A DNA stretch of 63,762 nucleotides, counting the filler. It is 13 parts of 13 records of this genome, joined end to end, with 100 filler letters (N's around TTAATTAATTAA, not from the genome) between each part and the next. Parts side by side here need not be neighbours in the genome. Positions count along the whole stretch, not along the records: positions 23,401 to 25,975 come from SRR9670534_1183; positions 26,076 to 28,224 come from SRR9670534_1184; positions 28,325 to 30,431 come from SRR9670534_1188; positions 30,532 to 35,407 come from SRR9670534_1191; positions 35,508 to 46,982 come from SRR9670534_1192; 8 more parts are not named here. One strand, written 5' to 3'. Shown piece by piece: positions 25,625 to 38,765 of the stretch. The position numbers and the translations under genes are program-made. A model generated the notes under the pieces. The model was given only the letters and a program-made list of their open reading frames with translations, had not been told where the DNA came from and made no database searches. The number at the start of each line of letters is the position of its first letter. Within the stretch, counting starts at the first letter, position 1.

Positions 25625-27081
25625 CTAAATAGTTATAATTATCTTCAATTTTACAAGGCTCTAATATCTAGAATACTTTATATTTTAGATTTATAATATC
25701 ATAATAATAATGCTAATTATTTCGATGGATAGATGCATGGTTGTTGTTAATAATGAATTTTTAAAAGGGTTGCCAATTTGATTTAATAACTAGTTTGAAC
25801 AATCCACATACGAGTAGGTGTGAATAATGTTGATATAATGGGGGGCAAAAGCTGTACTCCATTTCAAAGTGCTAACAAGTAAGCATTTTTGTGCATGCTC
25901 CAATGTAGTGTATCAGTGATAGTTGATACAGCAGTTGCAATGCAGCGATAATAGTATATTATGTCGAAGTTTGCANNNNNNNNNNNNNNNNNNNNNNNNN
26001 NNNNNNNNNNNNNNNNNNNTTAATTAATTAANNNNNNNNNNNNNNNNNNNNNNNNNNNNNNNNNNNNNNNNNNNNCTTTTTTATTATTTCATATCACTGG
26101 CTGTTTGAACATGTGTATTTTGTCCTTTCATTTTTTATCTGTTCGTCTTAGCAAGCAAACTTTTTCCACCATGGAAATTCCATGAACATTCACTAACTAA
26201 CACATACGCAAAGCTTTCTGGTAAAATTTTTTGCTACACTTTTATTATTGTTGTTATTATATAACTATAGTTATAACCAGTACCTATATATTTTAAAAAT
26301 ATTGTCATATTAGGTCCTAATAATTAGGGTTTTTGTCGTATAGAACATTTTTCGCTAGGATTTGTTTTGGAAGGCGGGTTAGACAAGATGTCGCCAGCCC
26401 TATTAAACCCTTTTGCAATGAAATTAAGATATCTACCATAAAGGTTAATATCATATGGTTGTCTTAATCTCATAGTAAAAAGGTGATCTTTTGATTACAT
26501 ATGTTACCACTATTAAACGTGTATTTAATAAGAATAATATTATTATTTGTAATTTATTCTATGTAGATATGCTGCCGCCGTATTGTTATACGCGAATAAT
26601 TCCAAAAAGAGAAGAGTCATGATCAATGCAGGCACACACAAACCGTGCTTTGATATTGTAGATAGATAATGTGCAGGTACGTATCAACGTCGTATCTTTA
26701 CTAAAGATTCTTTAGTGCTAGCTATTTATAATGAATGGGCTGTATGTTTACCCTTACATTGTAGTGTCATTACCTATAAATTTGGTTGACCCACCCTTAG
26801 TAGCAAGATGTTACATACTATACAGTTAAGCTTACCTGTCCTGCCATGTCTACCTTTCTGATTTTTATATCGATAGTGTGAATTTTGTTTACCTGTGCTT
26901 ATTTTTGCCATACCTTGTGTATATGAAATGAATGCAGTAATTATATCGAATGTTTGATCTTGTGTAGCTAACGACCACAAGTTGTTATAACAAATTATAA
27001 TATCGTATGTTAATGATATATGGATTCTATAAATAAAATATTATATACAGTGTTGTGTGATCAAATTTTGCCCATTATTAG

Positions 27082-27757
27082 GGTTACTCAGGCAAACCAC
27101 TGTAAAAGGGAATAGGAAAATGTCTCTTACGGATATGGACACTAACGGCGCTGATTTGGTGTACCAAGTGCCATTTGATGCAGCAGATTTGACGAGCTTT
27201 GTATATAAACAGAAATCCATGTATAAAATTAAGTCAGATTTGCAGGATCAAAATGAACGGTTTTCCTCCCTTTTGAATCAAACGAAAACCCTCCAGGATA
27301 AAAATGAATTTCTACGGAATGAGATTGAAAAATATTGGAAGTTACTTTGGAGAAAAAAGACCTCTATTAATGAACCTTCCAGTAGTGCCTTGATGGTGCT
27401 GAAGTCACTCAGGGAATCATATAATGAATCTTTAAAGCAGCGGACCATTTGGGAATTGAAGGCCAGGCGATTGCAAGAAGAACTTGATGATATCAATATG
27501 ATGTATGTATTCATCTTATTGCCCTGCAATTTAGTTCTGTTAAACTGATAAATTATGGCTATTATTATTATTGTGTCTATGTTAGGATAATGAGATTACT
27601 TGATCAAATCCAAAGTGATCGATTTGAAGTTGAACAACTCAATGAGAAGATAGTGAAACTTAACATACTAATATCAGATTTAAAGTTAAGGCCACAGAGT
27701 TATGATACTAGTAGAGATTTGGAATATTGGTATGGAGAACTTGCCAAAATTAAAAAG
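27082..27757 (+). CDS. Coiled-coil protein, possibly a divergent intermediate filament; partial
   Basis: LQDQNERFSSLLNQTKTLQDKNEFLRNEI resembles the IF coil-1A motif. In-frame phase-2 splice from 27502 to 27586. RDLEYWY..EL resembles the coil-2 start. Confidence 0.5.
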
Positions 27758-28198
27758 GTACTTTTGAAGACATTCTATCAATATAAACGTAAAATTAAAT
27801 TTATTAACTAAATCTTTTTTTATTTTAAGTTGTTTTTTCAAATACTGTTTTGCTTTCAAATCTAGCCAATTATAGGTGTTATTAGGTAAATCTAGAAGTA
27901 CATATGTAAGGTAATATAATTATGATTAAATATTTATTTTTATTCATGATATGCACAATTATGACGCTGATTGCGTTATGCATCATAATTATGTAAGGCT
28001 ATGATATATTCATTAGTAGTATCTGTAGACTGCTGTACTTTCAATATTAACTTATTAAACAGACATGTGTATTATAATAATATCACATCTTTATAAATAT
28101 TAATAAATGTACCCAGTGGTTGAGCAAAGCATAATGATTGCTTTGTTTGTAATAGAATCTATAAATTATGTCGTAATACAGACTCTGTATATTGAATA

Positions 28199-28224
28199 TC
28201 TATATATATAAATCTCAAATGTCT
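28199..28224 (+). mobile_element. Probable Helitron 5' end at contig edge
   Basis: Second copy of A|TCTATATATATAAATCTCAAATGT. Confidence 0.6.
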
Positions 28225-28499
28225 NNNNNNNNNNNNNNNNNNNNNNNNNNNNNNNNNNNNNNNNNNNNTTAATTAATTAANNNNNNNNNNNNNNNNNNNN
28301 NNNNNNNNNNNNNNNNNNNNNNNNTTGCTGTCATAGCGGTTTTTTAGTAGTACTTTAGAGCGTTTTTGCACGACCATAAAGCGTTTTTTCAAGAATCGAT
28401 GAGCTGGTGGTGTCTAAATGTATCAACTTTAATGTCCTCGCCTGTCCTCGTCCTTATTAAAAATGACAATTTGATAAGCTCACCAAATTGTTCTTCCAT

Positions 28500-28660
28500 A
28501 TTAAATTTACAAACTGCAAAAAGATGTCAGCAATGCATTTTGTTAGAAAGGGCGCCAAATGAAGAAAAAGCCATTTCGCATATGAGAAGTCACTGCTCAG
28601 AGGTTATTGTACGCAAAGATGGCGCTCTAAATAGCTACAAACCGCGAAATTAAGGAATTT
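28500..28660 (+). repeat. Dispersed repeat, copy 1 (copy 2 at ~30003-30140)
   Basis: Shared ordered blocks AAAAAGATGTCAG, GGGCGCCAAATGAA, AGTCAC, AGAGGT.ATTGTA, ACCGCG. Confidence 0.7.
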
Positions 28661-28977
28661 TCAATTAAACTTTACCTTTCAAAGTTACTATATAGTTTTA
28701 TTTTAAAAATATATTATTTTTATATTATTAATGATATGGATAGTAATTATTTGAAACCAAGAGTTATTAAAAATTTCAACTCACAATGTTTATATACAAT
28801 GTTATGATATGATATATTATATTGATATAAAATTAAAATGCAGTATCACAATCAGTAATGACTAGAGTATTAGTAGACAGAATTTACTTGCCATTATAAT
28901 ATTTTATTGTGACAAAATGTATTTTTAGAAAAAATAGTTAAAATAAACATTGAATTTATCATTTTGAATTATGCAAT

Positions 28978-29303
28978 TCAAAGTAAGCTGTGCAGAATGT
29001 TATTTTCAGGATCATTATTATTGTTGGTCTTTTTGTGGTATATCATATGTAACTGCATGACTTGAGTACTACAAGATTGAGCTTCTGCTTTGAACAAGGA
29101 TTGTTTGAGCATTCTCAGAAGTGCTTTACGAAATGTTGTATTCATCAAGTTGTAGATGATGTGATTGATTGTTCCAACCATGTAATACATAATACCAGAA
29201 ATGTGGTAATAAACATTATGTATACTCCTTTCTCCATAGACAAACAAAAGACGTTCTGTTTGATGTGGGGCCCAACAAATGAAAAATGCTATTACCATGG
29301 CAA
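28978..29303 (-). CDS. Class A GPCR last exon (TM6-TM7), neuromedin U/PRXamide-receptor-like
   Basis: VIAFFICWAPHQTERLLFVY...ISGIMYYMVGTINHIIYNLMNTTFRKA; AG acceptor at 29304-29305. Confidence 0.75.
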
Positions 29304-29454
29304 CTAAAATAAAAAAGTATTATTTATTATGCCAACACATCTAAATAGTAGCCTACTAGGTATTGGTCGCCAAAACTGGACATCAAACGAACATGCGCCG
29401 CAAAGTAACTATTTTAAGGCGACCAATAAGTATTACGTACTACGTATTAGTCGC

Positions 29455-29620
29455 TTTAATAAAGTACGTAATACTTGCTGTATTACATACTATGCCATAT
29501 GGTACTGTAATACATTACATATATACTGTAATACGGCATAAGTTGCCTTAATAAAGTACGTAGTACTTGTTGTACTACGTACTTGGCCATATGGTACTGT
29601 TACAGTACTACTGTAATACA
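29455..29620. repeat. Diverged tandem duplication, ~92-bp period, intronic
   Basis: TAATAAAGTACGTA.TACTTG.TGTA...GCCATATGGTACTGT occurs twice. Confidence 0.7.
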
Positions 29621-30786
29621 GTACGTCCAGTGCATAGTATTTCTGTTGCAGAAATTCTATACACGGCTATATCGTATTATGGACATCCTGTACGTAATGT
29701 ACAAGCTGATAACGATGTTCTATGTATACTTAGTGCTAATTGAAATTCAATTTCAGACATTGTACATACTGTACTGTACCGTAATGCCATACTGCAATGC
29801 ACCATATTCTTAATATGATATTCCGGGTACAAGCTCCACTGTACTGTATTGTATTGTTTGAATGTTACATACAGTATCTAAGGTGTCTGCCATATAATTT
29901 GTAGGTATTTATTCAATATATGTACTATGTTTGAAATACGTTGCATTCAAACCATACTACACATTGTATTGTGTATGTACTGTTATAACTTTCATATTGT
30001 AGTAAATTTTTAAAAACAAAAAAGATGTCAGTAATGTACTTTGTCAAAATGGGCGCCAAATGAAAAAAAGTCACAAACAAGAGGTAATTGTAAGGTAAAG
30101 GAAACGCTTGAAATAAGTACACACCGCGTAAATAAAGAATGTTACAGTACTATTACAGTAATACTACTACTGTACCATCTGTACCTACTGTACCAGGTAC
30201 CTACTGTGCCTACTCAGTAGGTCCTACTGTACAGTGTACCTTCTCTAATATGGTATCATATTTAATTAAATTATTTAATTTAAATTTCATGTTTACATTC
30301 AGGTAAATATATTATTTCATTTGCAGCTGCTACAGTAAGGAATCTTTGCTAATAAGGATGCAATAAAATCAAAGTTATTGATTGATAATAATGATACAAC
30401 AAATTCGTTCAAATTCGTGAAATCATTGTCANNNNNNNNNNNNNNNNNNNNNNNNNNNNNNNNNNNNNNNNNNNNTTAATTAATTAANNNNNNNNNNNNN
30501 NNNNNNNNNNNNNNNNNNNNNNNNNNNNNNNTTATTATGCTACCGTTTGCACATAAACAACTTTTTAAGTGATATTGTAAATGGATGAAGTTGAAATTTT
30601 TTAGTAACAACTACACAACTAAATTATAAATCATTGTAACGCAGTGATTACATAATACATAACTATATTACATAATAGTATTAAATATTGCATGATAGAA
30701 AGTTTAGAATACAACAATAGCATGTAAATATGTTAATCCTATTCTATAAAATAGACAAAAATAAAGAACAATAGAAATGTTTGCTC

Positions 30787-32132
30787 TCATTTATTCTTCC
30801 AGTTTGTTGTATCGCAAAAGTATAACATGACGAAACTTAGGATATATAGCAACTGCAATGCTGCAATAATAGAGCCAAGATAAAGGGCAACGCTCAGTTT
30901 TGGATTAAATTTGTTAAGAAGCTTTTTGACACATCCGCCTCTGCTTTTCGATTGGTCAAAGTAAATTCTGCTACCATTCATACATTTGGCATCTGGTTCA
31001 TGGAAAACTTTCCCACCAAAGATATTGAAATAGTTTCTTTGAATCTTTTCGCAGCAAGAACTGGGCACTCCGCAAATACCTCCTTTACAGGAAAAATGAT
31101 CATTTATCTCCCAATCCTCAGGACCATTTTTGCTTCCACAGCATTCATACTTCCTTTGAATGTTGTCAATGGTTTTGGTATCGACTTTTCCATAAACAGC
31201 AATGCTGTCATCCAACTCCTTTTTAAATGTGTAGGAATGAAATTTTTGGACTTCATTGTAATACAGTAGTTCAGATAGCAATAAGCAGATTGCAAAGGAA
31301 ACTAATGAGAATGCCAATGCTTGTATTATTAGACAAACTCCACACTTGTCCACTGTGCTGACTCTTGCTGCAAAAACGGCAAATACTACGGATATTGTTG
31401 TCAGTATTGATGCAGTTGCAACCAAGGTTAGAAATAGTGCTGAAATTTGTAGTTAATAAGAAATGAATTTAAATTATTTAATAGATTGGTTAATTTTTTT
31501 GATAGTTTAATAAATACATTAAGAAATATCTTATTAACACATACCTATTCTATAAATATAATTAAAATTTTAAACTAATTTTAACTATAATTTCTAAAAT
31601 TTAATTTAGTTTTTGTTTTAAAACTTGGAATATTTACATCTAACTTTAGTTGCTATATTACTAAAGTATCATTATAATAAAGAGTTTTTCGCAAATTCGC
31701 AAGAATTAATAACATTTTTAAAAAAATATATAATGAAATTTTTTATCAAATTTAAAAACAAGACCTTACGAGGTTCAGGTATTTTCATGTTAAAGCTAAC
31801 TTTGTAATCGGCAGCAGCAGTTAAACCAACTATAATCATAACCATGCTGGAAATCCCCAACGTTGCAAGCGTTAAACCTTGCATACAAGTACATGTTTTT
31901 TTAAATGCTAAACGACATCCCTCCTTGGAAAAACCCCTAACTTGATTACTTACAGAATTTGGTGTAGAATGTGGTGTTTGTCCCATATACATTAGAGTTC
32001 CTATGACTGGTTCTTCCAAATTTCTATTTCCAGTAGCTTCATTGTATGTCGGTGGATTATCATTATTATAAATAGCCCAATCTGCTGCAGATGACGTCAT
32101 TTTTGCATTTATAAATGTAGCGTTTTTGTCCA
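30787..32132 (-). CDS. Tetraspanin, 2 exons
   Basis: Exon 1 ends at 31770 and exon 2 starts at 31439 (phase 1, in frame). Four hydrophobic segments; IQRKYECCG, DW, GVPSSCC, GC. Start codon (32132 or 32100) uncertain. Confidence 0.88.
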
Positions 32133-33180
32133 TTTTACAAAAAGATGTTGCTATTGTTTTTTGCAACAAAAGGGTTGTATTTATACTATCACTATTTTAA
32201 ATAGAAGTACCGCGCTTTTTCAGTGAATGTGCACCATAGTATGCCACACCATGGCATTGCCGCGGGTTTGGTACAACAAATGAAAACCAGAAGTAAACTA
32301 TGGGACCCAATCTTCGTAGAATTAGTGTTACATCTTTCCCGTTATTACTTCGAATTTTCAGCATTGCTCCATGTTTCGTTTTAAAGCCATTTTTCCAATA
32401 GGTAAATCTAATTAGTCTTATAATACGTAGTAAACACAATAATAAGTCACCGAGTTATTGGATCACTATCGAATCTCATAAACTGCTATATAAGCAAGAC
32501 CAAGGCTTTAGCGTCTCCCGCTCTGCCTCCTCTTATCCATTAACTTATTTAATAATCTTGAAAGGAAAAACATATCACCTATCTTTGATTGATAATGATT
32601 TGTTATTATTAATTTATTTTTACAGTCTCCATAGAAAGAATATCGATCGATAACTGTTACCCGGGCAATAACACAACAAATGCTAACATACCTATTTGTA
32701 GCCCGCATGTGTGAAATAGGTATCTTATCAATATTAATAAGTGTTTACTCTTCTTCATCAAAATTTTCTATCATTTGCATTTTTGTAGCAATTACTAATC
32801 TTTGTCAGTTTGTAAATATTCATAGTTGTACATGATATTTCTATGTTTTAATAGTAGTAAGCACAGGTAGATTTAACATATTATATAAAATAGCAATTTT
32901 CTGCACCACATTGCCATTTTTGCATGAACATTTTATTAACTAACAGTGTTATTATTAATAAAGGATTGCTAATGTATTTGTCGAATTTGATGCCGTATTC
33001 GAAATCTTTATGTGGCAAGAACCATTTGTACTTGTTTGCATATGTCACTTTTAGACTCTGCTTGGTGTAAGTAGACGAATCTTTAGAACTTTACAATTTT
33101 CATTAACTATATCAATATCACCAAAGTTTGTTTTGGTTATCTGTTAGAATACTTATTTGATCAAATACTCGAGTACCAAT

Positions 33181-35139
33181 ATGAACAAAAAAGCAACCAT
33201 ATTTACTGCAGGTTTGTAGCATAAATTATCATTTATTATTATTAATTTTAACAAATTGCTGCTAATTTAGGACTTTTCTTGGCTTTGTTTCTATTTGAAC
33301 TTGTACTATCCCAAGTGGTTACAGATGCTAGCATTGACATGACAACAGAAGCTTGTATGTTTGTTGTTAATTTAATTTAGAAATAAAATTAATGCAAAAT
33401 CTTTACTATTCTAAGAATCTATTGTTTCCTATATTATTATTAAGAATATGTTTACATTCTTACAGATGAAAGTCTTTGTGGAGAGAAAGTTTGCCTTAAT
33501 CTTTACTACAATGATTCATATAGCAATATTGGGCAAAAGTGCAGGTTTGATAATTAAGTTAATTGATAAATTATACAAAATTTGTAATGGTGTCACAGTG
33601 TGCCATTTTGAAAGCATACATATGATATCAACATTTAAAAATCAAAATTTTATGTTTTAAAACACATTTTGAATTTTGTTTGTTTGCAGAGCAGTTGTGA
33701 AATATTTCGATTGTGTAGAGGAATACTATTGGGCCAACCAGTGTGATTCGAAAGTTTTAGTTGTTGACTCTTACTGGAATGGCTATATGTATGAAAATGT
33801 TTCCTCTAATGCTGTAAAAGAACAACTTTATGAATTTATTATTGAAGACTATTATGGTTGGAAATACCATTATTGGGAATTTTATGAGGAGTACTATCTG
33901 TGTGATGACCTGCTTAAATCAGAATTCATGTGGGGTAAGTAAAGATTTGTTTTACATGGAATTTCCGCATTGGTATTGTTATTGATAAAGTTGATCATTT
34001 TAGAGGTAAGTGATGCAACAACTTGTGGAATTTTGGGCAGCTGTTCCTTGGAAAATTATCCATATAGTGAAAACTCGACGGGTTATGCCCAATTTTGCAG
34101 GTAATAGTGACAGTTATACATCAAAGATTACATTTTGCTTTGTTCATAGTGATATTGGAAAATGGCAAAGTTGCGCTTTTGACCAAATCTTGACGGAAGA
34201 ATGCATGGGCTTAGATGAAGCTGATGACAGCCTAATTATAAATGGAATTAAGAGAGGTTTTGAGACATTAGGGCATTATTTGGGCATGTTCTGTTCGTCA
34301 GGTATTGTGTGATTCTACTGATATGTATATGCTTAATTTTTGCATACAATTATTGATTACTTTAATTATAATTATTTTCTGCGGATACTATAGACATCTT
34401 TTTGCAGACTTTGGTCAATTTGGTTGTGCTATGGTTAAATGTCAGAATCATATGCCAATGTTTGACAATGGCTACTACAATTCATCACTCTTTTGTACTG
34501 ATTATGTGCAATGGACTGAATGTGTAATTAGTGAATATTCTGTTTGCGAAGCTGAAAATCCGTCCACTTCTAATTCTTTGATTGCTGCTTTTCTAGACCA
34601 ATTTTTGGTCTTAAGCCATGGAACTTTTAATATGTTGTGTGATACAAGTAAGATTTTAACTTTATTCATAATTTCATTTCAATGTTTTATTAACAATTTC
34701 AGAACTTTTATATGGAGAATGTGATATAATGCAATGCCTGAATCTGAAACCTGGTGTAGATGATGAGTTGGGATTTTCAAGCGATGGTACTATGGCTGGT
34801 TTTTGCTAGTATGAATTTTTTTAACAAAATTTTATTTTTATGTCATTGTGAACTACACTTAGTGCACAAAAAGGACTTAATAAGTGTATAATGGATAAGA
34901 TGGATGCATGCACAGCAGATGCAGGAGAATCCGCAATACTTGATGCCACTTTTAAATTTTTGGGAGATTCAACTGAAATGTCAAATCATCTTTGTGACCA
35001 AAGTTCGTTGATTATTATTAAATGATCTTATTAAAGTTGCTAAATATTGTTAATAATATTTAGTTCTTGGAAATGGCAGCTGCAGTGTGCTTACTTGCAA
35101 CAATTACCTTATGGAACTCAATGGCAACTCATTTTGCAT
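33181..35139 (+). CDS. Secreted protein of at least 5 tandem six-cysteine modules, 3'-truncated
   Basis: Ten exons splice in frame via GT-AG. Signal peptide MNKKATIFTAGLFLALFLFELVLS; repeated C-x4/5-C...C-x8-C-x7/9-C...C. Confidence 0.82.
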
Positions 35140-36292
35140 GTAAGTGATTTGGAGCTATCACCATAATAATCGTTATTATTATAGCATAATATAGGTGTAG
35201 CCTAATTTACATAGGCCTATATGATAAGTACAAATTATGTGAAGAAGCATAAAATTTAGTAAAACTAATTATAGATAAATTTTTATAAAATATAGTGAAA
35301 AATGAAATGTAATTATTAAATAAATATAAATATGTGAAAATTTAACATAATTGTGCTAAATATTATATTGTAATATAATATATTAAATATATATATATAT
35401 ATATATANNNNNNNNNNNNNNNNNNNNNNNNNNNNNNNNNNNNNNNNNNNNTTAATTAATTAANNNNNNNNNNNNNNNNNNNNNNNNNNNNNNNNNNNNN
35501 NNNNNNNAGTACTAGAAAAATTAGAGAAAATTTAGAATAATACCAAAAATAATCAAAACAAAGCAAAAAAGTTGGAAAATAAGTAGAAAAAATTACTGCT
35601 AATTCAATAAAAAAAACTAACTGTTGGATATCATAGTATGTAGCCTATCATAGTATGTAGTACATAGTATGAAGCTATGTACAGTATGTACATAATGTAC
35701 TACATAGTGTGTACTATGAAAGTATGAATCATAGTCTGTGATAGTGCCTTTGTACTAGCATTTCGCGATATTGCGGTGGAATAATTGTACATACCTACCA
35801 TGCATTTAGAACGATAGCTGTAAGATACAGCTCGTAAGTTACCCCCATTGTCCAGTATTCTAGAAGCGACTGCAATGAGTGCATCTTTTGAAGAAAGTAA
35901 TTTGAGGTGCGGTATATCAGCAATCAATCATTATATATCATTCTGAATTATGTACATATTATGATTAGAATTAATTATTATTATTAATACATAACTATTA
36001 TTATATGTACTCATTATCCGTCACTCGTGCAGAATGCACTTTATTAATTACCTAATTATTATTAATAGTAATCAGTAAGCCTACTTATTTACATATAGGT
36101 ATGTCCATAGTAATTACCTGGGCTGATAGGTTATAACCAACTTGGTTAAACCAAGTGAACTTGATATCATGATACATAGGTACCTACCTATTTTATGCTT
36201 GGGGTGATAGATTGCATGTTATTATTATGGCTGCTGGGAATAGAAATCCTTCCTTGGGTCCTAAGTTAGGACTCCTAACTTAGAACTCCTAA

Positions 36293-36337
36293 GGCTTATG
36301 CATAGCATAAGAGAAATGCATAGAGTATGGGCTTATG
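36293..36337. mobile_element. 29-bp CATA...TATG insertion with perfect 8-bp TSD
   Basis: GGCTTATG [CATAGCATAAGAGAAATGCATAGAGTATG] GGCTTATG. Confidence 0.55.
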
Positions 36338-36615
36338 ATCATCGAGCATACCTGTATGCAAGGGCACTATGTAGTAGTAATGTGAAGTCTTCACAGTGAA
36401 GACTGCAATTTATGCAGAGCCTAGCAAACTCATTCATTGTACCAATGTACTGTAATAAAACCTATTACAGTAATTCGAACAATTTCCTTGGCAATTTTTG
36501 ATTAGGCGGCTTTGTCATTGTCATTCTGTCGACATTCTGATCAAAACTTACGTAGTATTTTCCTGAATTTCTGGCGATGTGTCTTATAATAAGACTCTTA
36601 TTTTGATCACCTATA

Positions 36616-36669
36616 GGCATATCCATAGACCTTCAATTTATTCGGGGATTGAAGGTCTATGGGCATATC
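36616..36669. mobile_element. 38-bp CA...TG palindromic insertion with perfect 8-bp TSD
   Basis: GGCATATC [CATAGACCTTCAAT-10nt-ATTGAAGGTCTATG] GGCATATC. Confidence 0.75.
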
Positions 36670-37125
36670 TACTCGTCTCTCTTCTAGCTCCATGACTCAT
36701 CGCAAATCCACCTTCAAATAGAGAATTTCTCAACATTTACTTGTTACAGGTAGCATATATGACCTTGTTTGCATCGAATGTATACTTACCTTACTTCTTT
36801 ACTATCAATTGATAGTAATACTTGTTAGGTAATACTTGCGCTTTTCTATTACAGTGTAACACTATATGGAAGAATCGTTGTAACGATTGATATACCAAGC
36901 ATTGCAATAAACCAACTTGATATACCAAGGTTGTGTATGCAGCAATACTATTATATATGAGTCATTAGTTAGTAACGATACAGCTCATTTACATTCAAGA
37001 CACTACTCTATATTTGCGTTGCGTAGTTAGCGCCGCTAACTTACAATTAGTAGTGGGCAATTTTTTTTATGCTTGATTAGTAGTAATCAATGATTACTGT
37101 TGAATAAGTACGTACTTTCTTCTAG

Positions 37126-38536
37126 TGTACAGTTCTCCCAGACAGACCTTGGATATGTCGAACATGTCGAAAATCTGGAAGCAGAACCATTTTTTCATGG
37201 CCAAATTAGCCGATATGAAGTGAATGAACGATTATCCAGTGGTGTTATTACTGAAACTCCAGTACAATGTGGTGATTTTCTGATTCGGGAATGTGAAAAT
37301 AAGATTATCGGAAGCCGTAAGTTTTGCACCTAACTTTGCACCTTACTTACTATTATGAATCTAAGCCCTGTGCTTTTTCTACTAAACGAAAATTTTAGAT
37401 GCTTATTGTTTGGTTGTAAGAGTTCCAGCCAGTTCCGGAGGTCCTCTAGACAACAAAACAGAAGAATGTTCAAAAACTTTTAAAATTTACCAGTCCTATG
37501 ACACGGGGGAATATTTCATTCAACGGGAAAATCGTCGTCTTTTCTTCCCATACTTACGAAATCTAATTGAGCATTACAGACAAAGTTTCCTTAACAGTAA
37601 AACTGAAATGCTTTTAAATTACCCTTGCCCAAAACCTATATTTTGGATTAATAGAGAGGACGTGAAATTTTCAAGAAGAATGGATGTGGCCACCATCTAT
37701 GATAAGCAATATGCGGTCAAACGTTTTGCCAATGGTGATAATGAAGATTATGTTAAAACCAAAGTGGAAAAGCTTCTAGAATTAAGACATGAAAACATTT
37801 TGCCAATTCTGGGGGCGTGTATTTCTCAAGCTGAAACGATCTTGTTTTACAAGTATTTTTCAGACTCGTGCATTGATATGCAAGCTTTTTTAAAGAGTGA
37901 AAAACCGAACCTTAAGAAGTCAGGGAAAGATAATGAAAAGTTGCTTCGTTACTGCCATCAGGTAATGTGCTGTAAAAAATCCGAAATTCTTAAGAATTGA
38001 TTCCATTTTGTAGATTGCCACTGCGATGGCGTTTGCTGAAGCTAGAAATATTGTTCATGGTAATTTGGACATATCGAATTGTATATTAGTAAGGGATAAT
38101 AACGTGGTTAAGGTTGCAAATTTTTCACTATACCGTTTTGAATCAACCTCTATGGTGAACGAAGCTATTTCTGCTCCTGAAGTTATTACAACCCAACAGT
38201 GCACACTGGAAGGAGATGTTTGGAGTTTTGGTGTATTGTGTTGGATAATACTTTCCCTGGGTAAACTTATATAAAAATTATGATAGATATAATATTATTA
38301 TTAGAATACAACAATTTTTAGGAATCTCGGAGAAAATGACTGTTGATAAAATAAGGAAAAGTGCTCCTCCAAAATACTGTTCCTTCAATGTTTATGAAAC
38401 AACTGTTTTGAAGTGCTGCAAGGCGGAGGCAGCGCAGCGTCCTACATTTTTTACCCTTGAACAAAATCTCAATAATATTATTGCTTCTGATAGATCTGTT
38501 ACCAGTACTATAAGACAAATGTCTAGTACTTTGTAA
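37126..38536 (+). CDS. SH2 domain + tyrosine-kinase-like pseudokinase (Fer/Fes-like layout), 4+ exons
   Basis: SH2: FFHGQISR..V..RL, GDFLIRE, F..LRNLIEHY, L.YP. Kinase: YAVK, LRHENI, VHGNLDISNC, VKVANFSL, SAPE, DVWSFGVLCW, RPTF. Confidence 0.82.
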
Positions 38537-38765
38537 TGGTTTTATAGAAATATCTTAAGATTTGAGATTCGATTTTTTAATAAGGTTTAATTGTATGGTA
38601 TTCAAAAGTTATGTATGTCTTTTTAATTAATGACTACGTAACTTCTGTGTGTTTGGCTGATCAGAAAACATATATTCGAATAATAATGTATTCATATGTC
38701 TATTTTGCATTCAAACGGGTAGATATCATAAGGGTGTAATTTTGTACCTTTTTAGCGTGTTTAAA

